A stretch of DNA of 64,000 nt from Podarcis pityusensis (taxonomy: Eukaryota): NCBI GenBank assembly GCA_964106645.2, contig OZ067038.1, one strand, 5' to 3'. The position numbers were made by a program, and so were the translations under genes. Under the pieces are notes generated by a model. It did no database searches, was not told where the DNA came from, and was given only the letters and a program-made list of their open reading frames with translations. This document shows, in pieces, positions 34,103 through 45,413 of this stretch (its first letter is position 1; the number at the start of each line of letters is the position of its first letter).

Positions 34103-34687
34103 GTAGGACATTTTGAAACCACTGATTATAGACCATTTTCCTCCAATCTAGTTAACTCTGGTGTTAGCATAAAATCAATGGAGCACCAATATAACATGAG
34201 CTTTTTTTGAATCCCACCATATGCCCTTATGTGCTGATGCAACTCCTTGTTTTATCAGACTGTGGGCTTACATTTTAGCATTTGTAAATTATGCAATCAC
34301 ATTTGAGAATTCTGTAGTGTTCTGCTTATGTTTTGCTTGTTAAAGATTCATTCCAACAAGTTTGCTTGTTAAAGATTCATCCCAGCTAATACCACTGTCT
34401 ATTTCTGTGACAAACTAAGGCCAGTGAAAATCTATTTCATGGTTCTAAGAAGTACTAGCAGTGCAAGCCTATGTATGTCTATTCAGAAGTAAGCCCCATT
34501 GCCTTCAATGGGACTTACTCCCAGGTAAATATGTGTAGGATTGCAGACTAAAAGGATTTTTAAAAATGTGTATTGTCTAATGTTAATCATTGTTGTGCAG
34601 AAGTAGGTCCACTTAACTCAGTGTGGCTTCCCTAGTATGTGTGTTGAGGATTGCAACCTCAGTAAATATATATAACTTTTTCTACAG

Positions 34688-34768
34688 CCCTAAAATCTCC
34701 TAAGCCTCCCGCAGAACCCAAACCTGAAGCAGCTCCTTTAACAACACCAGTGGTTGGAAAGAAAGCAG
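34688..34768 (+). CDS. TTN: C-terminal PEVK exon, 81 nt (ALKSPKPPAEPKPEAAPLTTPVVGKKA)
   Basis: ctacag| acceptor, |gtatga donor; PVVGKKA motif. Confidence 0.92.
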
Positions 34769-35244
34769 GTATGACTATTACTTCAGTAATATATTCAAGG
34801 GCGGGACTGTATTATTATTCTGTAATATATTCAAGAGCAAGGTTGTATCACAATTCTATTAACTTTTGTATGAGTAATCATGAGCACAACAATCATGAGA
34901 GAGTTTAAATGTTCTTACTAACAAAAATATTTACAATACACAACTCACTAAAGAACTTTTAGGGATCACATCTTGTTGTGCTATCAGTATTATTCCACGT
35001 AGAGTCTTCAGATGTGGTTGGACTACAACTCCCAGCCTCCTTAATCAATGGTGAAGGGAGTTGTAGCGCAACAACATTTTGGGCCCAAACCTTGAATGGA
35101 CACTGTCCTAAATAACGTGCACACCTTTCACCCAGGACTCAATGATAGCAGATGGGGAAATGAGTACACTTAGCTGGAGGGCTTGAGGATCCAAGAGGAT
35201 GATAAGACCATTACTACGAGAGGGGGAAATGAGGCTGAATTAAA

Positions 35245-35386
35245 CCATTCATTCATTCATTCATTCATTTGAATATGCACAACTTCTCAGAAGTAAAATG
35301 AATGCAAGAAGAAGCAACACTTTGAGGAAATAATAGCTGGTAGATAGATAGATAGATAGATAGATAGACAGATGGATAGATAGATA
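35245..35386. repeat. (CATT)n and (GATA)n microsatellites
   Basis: cattcattcatt at ~35245-35270; tagatagataga at ~35341-35386. Confidence 0.9.
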
Positions 35387-35439
35387 ATAGTTTAAACTGG
35401 ACTTCATTATCTAATACTGCTGTTGCTGTTTTATGTCAG

Positions 35440-35493
35440 AGCCTAAAACTACACCAAAGGAGGAAGCTGGCAAGGCTAAACTTCCTATTAAAG
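35440..35493 (+). CDS. TTN: C-terminal PEVK exon, 54 nt (EPKTTPKEEAGKAKLPIK)
   Basis: tgtcag| acceptor, |gtaaga donor. Confidence 0.92.
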
Positions 35494-35761
35494 GTAAGAG
35501 AGATTATAAAATGGAAAACTGCCCCCCAGCCTCTTTAAATATATAGTAACTGTGATCAACAGTCCCAGTATTTATGCTATGAACTACCAAATAACTGACT
35601 ATCTAGAATAAACCTGTGAGTCATTTGATAAATGAATGTCAAAGACACTCACACACCCTTTGTAGTCAACATTTTTACAATGAGTAGTGTCTCTTCTTTC
35701 AGAGAACCTAGGCGGTAGTAAGCTAAATTTTACTCAAAGTAGAGACCTATTGAAATTAATA

Positions 35762-36002
35762 CAGTCAAACCTCGGTTGTTGAACGTAATCCGTTCCAGAA
35801 GACCATTCGACTTGCGAAACGTTCGGCAACTGAAAACTGAAATCGGAAGCCTAAATACAATACGAAAACTCAAAACGGAAGCCGCATACCATGTTCGGAT
35901 TCCGAAAATCGTTCGAAAACCAGAACAGTTACTTCCGGGTTTTCGGCGTTCAGGAGCCGAGACATTCCAAAATGGAGGCATTCAGGAACCGAGGTTTGAC
36001 TG
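35762..36002. mobile_element. Tc1/pogo (Tigger-like) MITE
   Basis: TA|cagtcaaacctcggtt ... aaccgaggtttgactg|TA. Confidence 0.85.
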
Positions 36003-36417
36003 TAGACCTAACTTAGTCATGTGCATTAATTTTACTGGATCTATGCAGAGAAAAAGGTAGCTAAACGCCACCCCGTGTTTTCATGTAACCATTTCCCCAA
36101 AGTGCAAATGGTACTTAAAACAAGAGATTGGCTTTAGCATGCCTAAATTAACAGGATCACATAAAAATCTAGAATAATTGTATCTGTTTTTTATGTAATA
36201 TTCCTGGACTTCAATAAGTAGACAATAAGAGTGGGGGTGGGGTGGACGAATATTGCAATCAAATTAAAGAAAGGAAGTATGAAGTGTTTTGCTCTTTGGG
36301 CAGAACAATACTTTGTCTGTAGGAACCACAAAGGACCAAGATAGGCTTCTACATGCCACAGCCATGCCTTGCATTTTGTGTCTTGGTCATGCTAGAATGG
36401 AATTGGAATGTCAAAAG

Positions 36418-36486
36418 CCTAGGGAAGCCCAGCCAGATGGGTGGGGTATAAATAATAAATTATTATTATTATTATTATTATTATTA
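36418..36486 (+). mobile_element. Extreme 3' end of an L2-type LINE with (ATT)n tail
   Basis: agggaagcccagccagatgggtggggtataaataataaattatt, near-identical to 62360-62410. Confidence 0.75.
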
Positions 36487-36675
36487 AAGAACAGAACTGA
36501 CTGGCTTGTATATAGAATAGATTTAAATGTTCTAGGGATAAACAAATTGCCACTTGAACAGAAATAACTGCATGCTTTTCCTGCTGTGTTTAAGATTTGT
36601 CATCTTTCATCACACCTCTGCTGACTTTAACTGTGAGATTCATACAAATATCCCTTTTAAATATATTACTTGTAG

Positions 36676-37071
36676 CCAAAAAGACACCTTCGCCAGCAGA
36701 TGCCGAGAGGAGAAAATTAAGACCAGGAAGTGGTGGCGAGAAACCTCCAGATGAGCCTCCTTTCACATACCAGCTGAAAGCTGTGCCCCTCAAGTTTGTT
36801 ACAGAAATTAAAGACATAGTGCTGACAGAAGCAGAATCGGTAGGCTCTTCTGCCATCTTTGAGTGCCTCATCTCTCCCTCCACTGCCATTACCTCTTGGA
36901 TGAAAGATGGCAGCAACATCCGCGAGAGTCCTAAGCACAGGTTCCTCTCTGATGGGAAAGACAGAAAGCTCCACATTATTGATGTCCAGCTTTCAGACGC
37001 TGGGGAATACACTTGTGTACTGAAACTGGGAAATAAAGAAAAGACCTCTACAGCGAAACTTATTGTTGAAG
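36676..37071 (+). CDS. TTN: End of PEVK plus first distal Ig domain (I84/I20)
   Basis: AKKTPSPADAERRKLRPGSGGEKPP...TSTAKLIVE; tgtag| acceptor, |gtattt donor. Confidence 0.97.
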
Positions 37072-37574
37072 GTATTTTATGGCATCTCCAATTGGGCTTG
37101 AGTTGCTTATGTACATGTTATTTATGCCGCAAAGTTACATTTTATTTGCATTAGATGTAATGAGATGTAATTAATGCCATCCATAGCACAATATTTTACA
37201 AAACACAATGGAACAGGTCCCTGGCCCCAAGTGTGTTGCAATCAATATTTTAACACAGGGGAGACAACAGAAGTAGCTAAGGAGTGTGTGTTCATTACAC
37301 AAGCTTAGTTTTAGTGATAGCAAGGCGTGGGGTCTTCCTTCATAAATTAAATTATACATACATGCCCCTAATTCGACAATTTATTCTGGGCATAGGTACT
37401 CTGATGCGTGCACAGAATTTCCTGGCCAAGAAGAATATTGCTTTATGTATGCATGTCACACCGCTATAATGAATAGGATTCACCTCAAATCCAAGAGACA
37501 AGCATGTCTATATGAGCACATGTTGATCTCTGAAGTTAGGTGATCATTCTAATGCAACAGCTTAAATTTCTGTA

Positions 37575-38180
37575 CAGTGGTGCCCCGCAAGACGAATGCC
37601 TCGCAAGACGGAAAACCCGCTAGACGAAAGGGTTTTCCGTTTTGGAGGTGCTTCGCAAAACGAATTTCCTATGTGCTTGCTTCGCAAGACGAAAATGTCT
37701 TGCGAGTTCCTGCGGGGTTTTTTTCCTTTTCCCCCCCTTTTCCCCAAGCCGCTAAACCGCTTATCAGCTGATGGCTAAGCCGCTTATCAGCTGATCTTTA
37801 AGCCGCTTAACAGCTGATGCTAAGCCGCTTATCAGCTGATCTTTAAGCCGCTTAACAGCTGATGCTAAGCCGCTTATCAGCTGATCTTTAAGCCGCTTAA
37901 CAGCTGATGGCTAAGCCGCTTATCAGCTGATCTTTAAGCCGCTTAACAGCTGATGCTAAGCCTCTTATCAGCTGATCTTTAAGCCGCTTAACAGCTGATG
38001 CTAAGCCGCTTATCAGCTGATCGTTAAGCCGCTTATCAGCTGATCTTTAAGCCGGCTAAGCCGCTAATACTGTAGCGCTAAGCTGCTAAACCTCTAATGG
38101 GCTTGCTTCGCAAGACGAAAAAACCCGCAAGACGAAGAGACTCGCAGAACGGATTCTTTTCGTCTTGCGAGGCACCACTG
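37575..38180. mobile_element. Tc1/pogo-type MITE with internal minisatellite
   Basis: TA|cagtggtgccccgcaagacgaa ... ttcgtcttgcgaggcaccactg|TA. Confidence 0.9.
37752..38053. repeat. 22-23-bp minisatellite (13 units, alternating ~45-bp dimer), each unit containing CAGCTG
   Basis: taagccgcttatcagctgatctt / taagccgcttaacagctgatgc repeated head-to-tail. Confidence 0.95.
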
Positions 38181-38344
38181 TACTGTAGTTTATGGCAATG
38201 GTTCCCATTTAGCTAAGTCCTGTGGACTTCCTGTTTTTCAAAAACCAAGCCACGAATCCCCTGCTTTTTTGGGGGGGAGGGAATCTCTCTATGGTAGTTT
38301 TGAATGGTGCCACGGACCCCCTGTGCAGGTTAGGCCAAGTGTAG

Positions 38345-38468
38345 ATTGCTCAGAGCATGAGAGCATGAGACTCTTAATCTCAGGGTTGTGGGTTTGAGTC
38401 CCTGCATAGCAGGGAGTTGGAGTAGAAGACCTTTGTGGTCCCTTCCAGTGCTATAATTCTATGATTCT
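38345..38468 (+). mobile_element. tRNA(Lys)-like SINE with CR1-type tail
   Basis: gagcatgagactcttaatctcagggttgtgggtttgag head; ggtcccttccag...attctatgattct tail. Confidence 0.7.
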
Positions 38469-38561
38469 GTGACCCCCTTGGAGTCTGCGGACAACCAATT
38501 GGGAACCACTGGCTTGTGGGAGCAGGGAAAAGATGCAAATAACATTTCTCCTGTTCCCTAG

Positions 38562-38837
38562 AATTACCAGTGCGCTTCGTGAAGACTCTGGAGGAGGAGC
38601 TTACTGTCATCAAAGGGCAACCCTTTTATCTAAGTTGTGAGCTGAACAAAGAGAGAGATGTGGTCTGGAGAAAAGATGGGAAAATCATCAAAGACAAATC
38701 TGGAAAATTTGCTCTGGGTATTATTGGTTTGCAGCGCGCCGTTACAATCATGGATGCCGATGACACTGATGGAGGTGTATACACTGTGACTGTGGATAAT
38801 ACTGACCTCATCTGTCAGTCAACTGTGAAAGTGGTTG
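38562..38837 (+). CDS. TTN: Ig domain exon (~I85), ELPVRFVKTLEE...STVKVV
   Basis: cctag| acceptor, |gtaagt donor. Confidence 0.96.
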
Positions 38838-39641
38838 GTAAGTTAAATTTCAAAACTGTGTAGTGTGTGCTTGGGATAAAATTGGGATATGAAGGAATTC
38901 TATTGAGTAATATTAAGCCTTGTGCATTATTTTTGCTCTTATATGCTAGTCCTTTTACCTTACTCTATCTTCACTGACCTATTTAAGAAGATTGGTTTTC
39001 ACTTAAGTTGATTGTGTAATTAGTACTGAAATCATCTGAAGGTCTTTAGTGAAGAGCTGGTTTGACTAGAACTGGAACTCAGTATTTAATTGCCAGTTAG
39101 AAAATGATTCGGTCACAATATCACACATTGCTGTACTCCCAAAAGCTTCAGGTGGAAATATATCAACCTGTGCAAAGTTTATAAAATTGCCTCTGTAGAA
39201 GTGCTAACAACTATACCAATTCAGTTCACAAGACTGAAGATCTGTGGTCATCCATGACTCACTTTGGGTAATCTTATTTGAGGGCGGGGGGAGGAATATT
39301 TAGCAATAACATCAGATTCCAGCAGTTCTGAGCAAAATGAGGCCATAAAAAAAAAAAGAAGGAAGTAAAATGAGGCCATCAAAAATATGTTTGGGTTTCT
39401 GCATATATATATGGGGGTGTTTCCAAGTAAGCAAAATAATAATTAAAATAAAAATAAATTCTACTTTTCAATTTTAAAAATATATTCAAAGCAGATACAC
39501 TGCAACACTTTTGTTGTATATTTTTAATTAATAACATATGTGGCAATGCCCAGGCATTTTATTCTGTGTTATCCAGGTTTTCATGGCACTTTGGCTATGT
39601 GGTAGCCTTCTAATACAATTAGAAAGAAGAGATGGGCAACT

Positions 39642-39645
39642 TCTC

Positions 39646-39700
<55 letters not shown>
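39642..39700. repeat. (CT)n microsatellite
   Basis: Direct reading of the sequence. Confidence 0.95.
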
Positions 39701-39705
<5 letters not shown>

Positions 39706-39785
39706 CACAAAGGACCCTTGTCATTCATCTCTACATGTATTATGCTAATTCTAATGGTTATTATTTTTGGTCATTTGTTATACAG

Positions 39786-40061
39786 AAGTGATAAAAGACT
39801 GGCTAGTGAAGCCTATTAGAGACCAGCATGTGAAACCAAAGGGTACTGCTACCTTTGCTTGTGATGTTGTGAAGGATACACCAAATATTAAATGGTACAA
39901 AGGTGATGAGGAGATTCCTCTTGAACCCAATGACAAAACAGAAATTGTGAAAGATGGACCTCATCTCTTCCTCAAAATTAAGAACTGCACACCAGAAGAT
40001 CTCGGAGAATATGCCGTGGAAGTTGAAGGGAAGAGATACCCAGCTAAACTGACCCTGGGTG
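39786..40061 (+). CDS. TTN: Ig domain exon (~I86), EVIKDWLVKPIRDQ...AKLTLG
   Basis: tacag| acceptor, |gtaagt donor. Confidence 0.96.
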
Positions 40062-40227
40062 GTAAGTATCTTTTGAGTTTGATGCAATACATTTGCCAGG
40101 GGGGTTACTTAATACAGTAAGACTAAAGATGGGATGGAAGTAAGAAAAAAGATGAAAGCCTGCAAGACTGTTGAAGTACTTCATTGATTGCATATATGTT
40201 ATTAATTTGTTCATTTCTAAATGCCAG

Positions 40228-40367
40228 AACGTGAAGTTGATCTGCTTAAGCCCATTGAAGATGTTACTATTTATGAAAAAGAAACAGCAAACTTTGACTG
40301 TGAGATTTCTGAAGACGATATCCCCGGTGAATGGAAACTGAAGGGAGAAACACTCAGACCCTCACCT
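40228..40367 (+). CDS. TTN: Ig ~I87, first half (EREVDLLKPIED...LRPSP)
   Basis: gccag| acceptor, |gtaaga donor, phase 1/0. Confidence 0.95.
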
Positions 40368-40867
40368 GTAAGAATCTGTATTTAAGACCTCGTGAATTTG
40401 AATATAGTATAATTATGTTGGTCAATTGTGGCCCTGCAGAATACCTTAAAGAAGGATTTAGAACCATTTGGGCTTATAGTTAATGTTGATGTGGTTTTCA
40501 AAGAGGCACCTTTTAATTATGAAGCTTAAAATCTCAAGAGCAGGGTATCTCCATGCAACATAAACAACTGATCCTAGCTCACTGTATAGCTCACTGTCAG
40601 AATTTTACTTGCGACCCTAAGAAGGCTTTTGTAACCACAAATGCAAGGAATTTTAGGGTGATTATTATTGAGTGCTATGGACAGCTCCAAGTTTTGTTTA
40701 GCTCAGAGGAGAATGGAAGACCATGGGAATATCTTGGCCCTGGATCACTTCAATTACATAGAGGACTTCACCATCACATTTACGAGCTGTTGCTTTTAAA
40801 TCAACACAACATGCTTTGATTAGAATTTTCTTTTATTACCGTGAACTTTTTCATCTTTTCCCTCCAG

Positions 40868-40994
40868 ACCTGTGAGATCAGAGCCGAAGGAGGAAAACGC
40901 TTCTTAACCTTACACAAAGTCAAAATAGACCAGGCTGGAGAGGTTCTCTACCAGGCATTGAATGCAGTGACTTCGGCTATTTTGACAGTGAAAG
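40868..40994 (+). CDS. TTN: Ig ~I87, second half (TCEIRAEGGKR...ILTVK)
   Basis: tccag| acceptor, |gtaagg donor, phase 0/1. Confidence 0.95.
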
Positions 40995-41090
40995 GTAAGG
41001 TATTTCACTAAAAATGTGTCTCCAATTAGCCTGTCGTTTCTGCCATCGTAGTATGTGGGGGGAAATATTCAATATTCTCTTTATTTGCAG

Positions 41091-41354
41091 AAATCGAGCT
41101 GGACTTTGCTGTGCCTTTGAAAGATGTGACTGTACCAGAGAAACGGCAGGCAAGGTTTGAATGTGTGCTCACCAGGGAAGCCAATGTGATATGGACTAAA
41201 GGCACTGACATAATCAAAGTTGGAGATAAATTTGACATAATTGCAGATGGAACAAAACACATTCTGGTCATCAATGATTCTCAGTTTGATGATGAAGGAG
41301 AGTACACTGCTGTAGTCGAAGGGAAGGAAAGCACTGCAAAATTGTTTGTGGAAG
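41091..41354 (+). CDS. TTN: Ig ~I88 (EIELDFAVPLKD...AKLFVE); GC donor
   Basis: tgcag| acceptor, GAAG|gcaagt donor. Confidence 0.93.
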
Positions 41355-41454
41355 GCAAGTTCATTGCTGTCAAGAATTACACTGTAAAAGTCACAACAAG
41401 AATCAGTCACTGGTTATGACCGGATGGCATTAATTGTCTTTCCCTCTATTTCAG

Positions 41455-41721
41455 GTGTCCGGCTGAAATTTATCTCCCCACTCAAAGATCAGACAGTGAA
41501 GGAAGGAGAAACAGCCCACTTTGATTTTGAGCTTTCTCATGAAGATATGCCAGTAACCTGGTACAAAAATGATAAGAAAATCCACAATAGCAGAACAGTT
41601 CTCATTTCTGTAGAAGGGAAGAAACACAAATTAGAAATTAGAGAAGTGACACTTGATGACATCTCTGAAATCAAGGCTGAAGTGAAGGCATTGCACACTA
41701 AGGCAAACCTGAAGGTTTTAG
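41455..41721 (+). CDS. TTN: Ig ~I89 (GVRLKFISPLKD...NLKVL)
   Basis: ttcag| acceptor, |gtaatt donor. Confidence 0.96.
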
Positions 41722-41897
41722 GTAATTTATGTTGTCACATTTTGTTACTGGTTGGATCTGTATCTATTATATGTATGTATAAAATACATATCTTTATGTA
41801 TTTTAGTATTTATGTTTTTCATGTACTAATTCACTCTGATTACTAACCTCTTCAAAAAAAATACAACAACACTTCATACCTGACCCGTATCTTGTAG

Positions 41898-42161
41898 AGG
41901 CCGACCCATATTTCGTTGTGAAATTGCAAGATTATACCGCTGTTGAGAAAGATGATATCATTCTGGAATGTGAACTTAGCAAAGATGTGCCAGTGAAATG
42001 GTATAAAGATGGTGAGGAACTTGTAGCTTCCAAGAGAATCTCCACCAAGACTGATGGCAAGCGCCGCATATTAAAAATTAAAAAAGCAACCGATGCTGAT
42101 AAGGGAAATTATGAATGTAACTGTGGAACTGACAAGACAAATTCTGAAGTTAAGATTGAGG
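41898..42161 (+). CDS. TTN: Ig ~I90 (EADPYFVVKLQDY...EVKIE)
   Basis: tgtag| acceptor, |gtaagt donor. Confidence 0.96.
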
Positions 42162-42258
42162 GTAAGTGATTGTCCTCCTTCAGTAGAAACTCTTCGAAAC
42201 ATTGTACACCTTACTGGTCAAGGCAGGAAATCTGAGATATATACATATTTGCTTTCAG

Positions 42259-42398
42259 CTCGTATGATAAAAATAGAGCGTCCTCTTTATGGAGTGGAAG
42301 TATTTGTTGGCGAAACAGCACGATTTGAGGTCGAAATCTCTGAGCCTGATGTTCATGCCATTTGGAAGTTAAAGGGAGAAACTTTAACAGCTTCACCT
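42259..42398 (+). CDS. TTN: Ig I91 (I27), first half (ARMIKIERPLYGVEVFVGETARF...TASP)
   Basis: Matches the I27 PLYGVEVFVGETA signature; ttcag| acceptor, |gtaagt donor. Confidence 0.97.
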
Positions 42399-42557
42399 GT
42401 AAGTCTGTTTCAAAAAAAACCAAGCAAACCACAGCACAAGTGTTGTCTTTTTAAGAGACACACACAAAAACAATTCTTAGAAAGTTTTAGAGAACACATG
42501 AGTGATTAGGACAAATCTGTTATTTTTTCCCCACCCTCATTAAAAAAAAAAAATCAG

Positions 42558-42684
42558 GATTGTGAAATGATTGAAGATGGCAAGAAACATGTCTTGATTC
42601 TTTACAACTGCAAACTGGATATGACAGGAGAAGTGTCCTTCCAAGCTGCAAATGCGAAAAGCGCTGCAAATCTGAAAGTGAAAG
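42558..42684 (+). CDS. TTN: Ig I91 (I27), second half (DCEMIEDGKKH...SAANLKVK)
   Basis: MTGEVSFQAANAKSAANLKVK signature; aatcag| acceptor, |gtaggc donor. Confidence 0.96.
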
Positions 42685-42831
42685 GTAGGCTTCAGAAGGC
42701 ATCAACTCCCAACCCATCTTGCAGGGTTTTCTTAATGCCCAGCAACATCAATAAAATCCATTGCTGGAGCAGTTTATAAAAAAACAAACAAACACGTGTC
42801 TAACACTCTTAATAACCCGGTTTGATTTCAG

Positions 42832-43098
42832 AGCTGCCTCTCATCTTCATAACTCCTCTCAGTGACATTAAAGTCTTTGAGAAGGATCCTGCGAAGTTTG
42901 AATGTGAGGTATCAAGGGAACCAAAGACTTTCCGTTGGTTGAAAGGAACCCAAGAGCTTGAAGGGGATGAGAAATTTGAAATTATAACAGAAGGCACAAA
43001 GCACGCACTTGCCATTAAGAGTGTGGCTTTTGAGGATGAGGCTAAATATATGTTTGAGGCCGAAGACAAACGGACAAGTGCAAAGCTGATCATTGAAG
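42832..43098 (+). CDS. TTN: Ig I92 (I28) (ELPLIFITPLSD...AKLIIE)
   Basis: ttcag| acceptor, |gtttgt donor. Confidence 0.96.
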
Positions 43099-43201
43099 GT
43101 TTGTTTGTAGCTCTGGTTCTCCCGACGGTGTGTTTGGCTTTCATATTTATGTCATTTGATTCGTCACAGTTTAACTTTAACGAGATGCTTTTGTGGTTTA
43201 G

Positions 43202-43468
43202 GCATTCGCCTTCAATTCATTACCCCTCTCAAGGATGTAACTGCAAAGGAGCGCGAGACTGCAGAATTTACTGTTGAGCTTTCCCATGACAATATCCCTG
43301 TTATCTGGTATAAGAATGACCAACGGCTCCATACCACCAAGGTTGTTTCAATGAAGGACGATGGCAAATTCCATACGCTCACATTCAAAGATCTCAATAT
43401 TGATGACACCTCTCAGATAAAAGTGGAAGCTATGGGCAAATCGTGTGAAGCTAAACTTACTGTCCTTG
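43202..43468 (+). CDS. TTN: Ig ~I93 (GIRLQFITPLKD...AKLTVL)
   Basis: tttag| acceptor, |gtatgt donor. Confidence 0.96.
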
Positions 43469-43894
43469 GTATGTGTGGTCTGAGTTTGATTTACATTATG
43501 GCTCTTCTTTGATAGAACATCAACTAGAAGCATAACCGTGTGCTTAGAAGCTTTATTCACATGGGCTTCCCCTTCCTCAGAGCAGTTCTTTAAATCTTAT
43601 GGGGAGTTCCCATTCCAGATTCTTATGGTACAGCTAGATTTGCCTACATATTAGGGCTTTCTTGGCAGCAGACCTCATACTTTTGAACATGCTTTCAAGA
43701 AGAGGTTCATATGAGCTCCTCTTTTGGGGGCCATCTGTCCTCTTTCAGAAAGCTTCTGACAATTGACTGCCACTAGTTGATGTGTTCTGTTATGCTGCCA
43801 TGCTACCCTATTAGCAATCCTTTTGTTATTTATTTGTCCTTCGGTTCATTGTTTCATTGTAGTTGTTGCTTTGAATTTGCACCCTTTTTTAAAA

Positions 43895-44523
43895 CATTGC
43901 ATCCATTGGCTGCCTCTTTCTTTCCGGTAACACAATACAAAGTACTAGTCCTGACCTATAAAGGCCTAAGTGGTCTGGGACCAGCATATCTAAAAGAAGA
44001 TCCTTTTCACATACAAGTCTAATCATCAGTTAAGAATATTTCGGTGGCAAAGCACATGCCTTGCACACAAAAACTCCCAGGTTAAATCCCTTGCTTCTCC
44101 AGGTAGTATTGGGAAAGACTCCTGTCTGAAACCCTGCATAGCTACAACCAACCATTTTAGACAGTAGTACTAAGTTAGATTGAGCCTATGGTCTGACTGA
44201 GTGAAAGGCAGTTTCCTATGTTTTTATCTGTTGGGACCTTTTTCCAAACTCCCATGCTTGTTATTGTCATTCAGGCTTTACTTTGAAATGGTCCTATTTT
44301 CCTGTTTTTTTATTATCAGTAATAGCTTTCAGTGTCTTTATATGGCTCTGCTGTAAGTTTTTGTGCTGCCATTTTATTTTTGTTTTAGTCTTGTTTTTTG
44401 GGAAACATCATCCCTCCTACAAATTTTTGGATGTCGTATTGTCTAAGTTTGTTTTGAATTTGTTGTAAGCCGCCTTGTGGATCCAAATCTCTGGAAGGCG
44501 GGGTATAAATCTCTTTTAAATAA
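43895..44523 (+). mobile_element. Degraded L2-type LINE 3' region interrupted by a SINE
   Basis: Encodes QYKVLVLTYKGLSGLGPAYLKE; tail gtaagccgccttgtgg...ggcggggtataaat. Confidence 0.6.
44042..44226 (+). mobile_element. tRNA-derived squamate SINE
   Basis: cccaggttaaatcccttgcttctccaggtag...ggtctgactgagtgaaaggcagtttcctatg; same family as 3150. Confidence 0.65.
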
Positions 44524-44811
44524 CCAAAATAATGAAGAAATAAGAAACCACTTTGTGGTGTACCACAGAAACACGTTTCTTTCGGGTCCATGTAAAGGAA
44601 ACAAAATGAAAAGCAGAATCAGCTACTTTTACCTAATAACAATAATTTGCTCTATTAAAGTTGCTTAAAAACTTGCTTTTAGAAAACTTTATCCTACTTA
44701 GAAAATCTAAAAAAGCACTCTTACCTGAAAGGAGAACTGTCTTGCATAAGTTGGTACACTTTTGAATGTATGAATAATCTTAGAATGTCACATATTCACC
44801 TTGACTTGCAG

Positions 44812-45078
44812 AGGGGGACCCTTATTTTACTGGGAAGCTTCAAGATTACACTGCTGTGGAGAAAGATGAAGTGATTTTGCAATGTGAAATTAGCAAAGCA
44901 AATGCTCCCGTAAAATGGTTTAAAGACGGACAAGAACTAACTCCGTCTAAGAATGTTATTATCAAGGCCGATGGCAAAAAGAGAATACTCATCCTCAAGA
45001 AAGCCTTGAAGAAAGACATTGGTCAATATACCTGTGATTGCGGCACTGATCAGACTTCTGCTAAGCTGAACATTGAAG
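44812..45078 (+). CDS. TTN: Ig ~I94 (EGDPYFTGKLQDY...AKLNIE); GC donor
   Basis: tgcag| acceptor, GAAG|gcaagt donor. Confidence 0.93.
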
Positions 45079-45273
45079 GCAAGTTCACACTTACTGGTGT
45101 ATTATTATATTCTATTTTAAACTGCCCTGAGGATCATTCATTCGAAAGACAAGATATAAATCTTCTTAATAAACACATAAATAAAATCTTCCTGATCCTT
45201 CTGTTGTAGAACCCTACTCATCAACATGGTCATGAAAGCTAATAATATTGGTGTGGTTTTTTTTCCTTCACAG

Positions 45274-45413
45274 ATCGTGATATTAAGATTGTACGTCCCT
45301 TATATAGCGTGGAAATATTTGAGACAGAGACTGCACGTTTTGATACAGAAATCTCTGAGGAAGATATTCATGCTAACTGGAAACTGAAAGGGGAGCCCTT
45401 GACACAGACGCCT
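45274..45413 (+). CDS. TTN: Ig ~I95, first half (DRDIKIVRPLYSVE...LTQTP)
   Basis: cacag| acceptor, |gtaagc donor. Confidence 0.95.

Noticed and set aside
37752-38053. Short palindromic repeats that superficially resemble a CRISPR array
   Set aside because: No unique spacers, head-to-tail minisatellite inside a MITE, vertebrate intron
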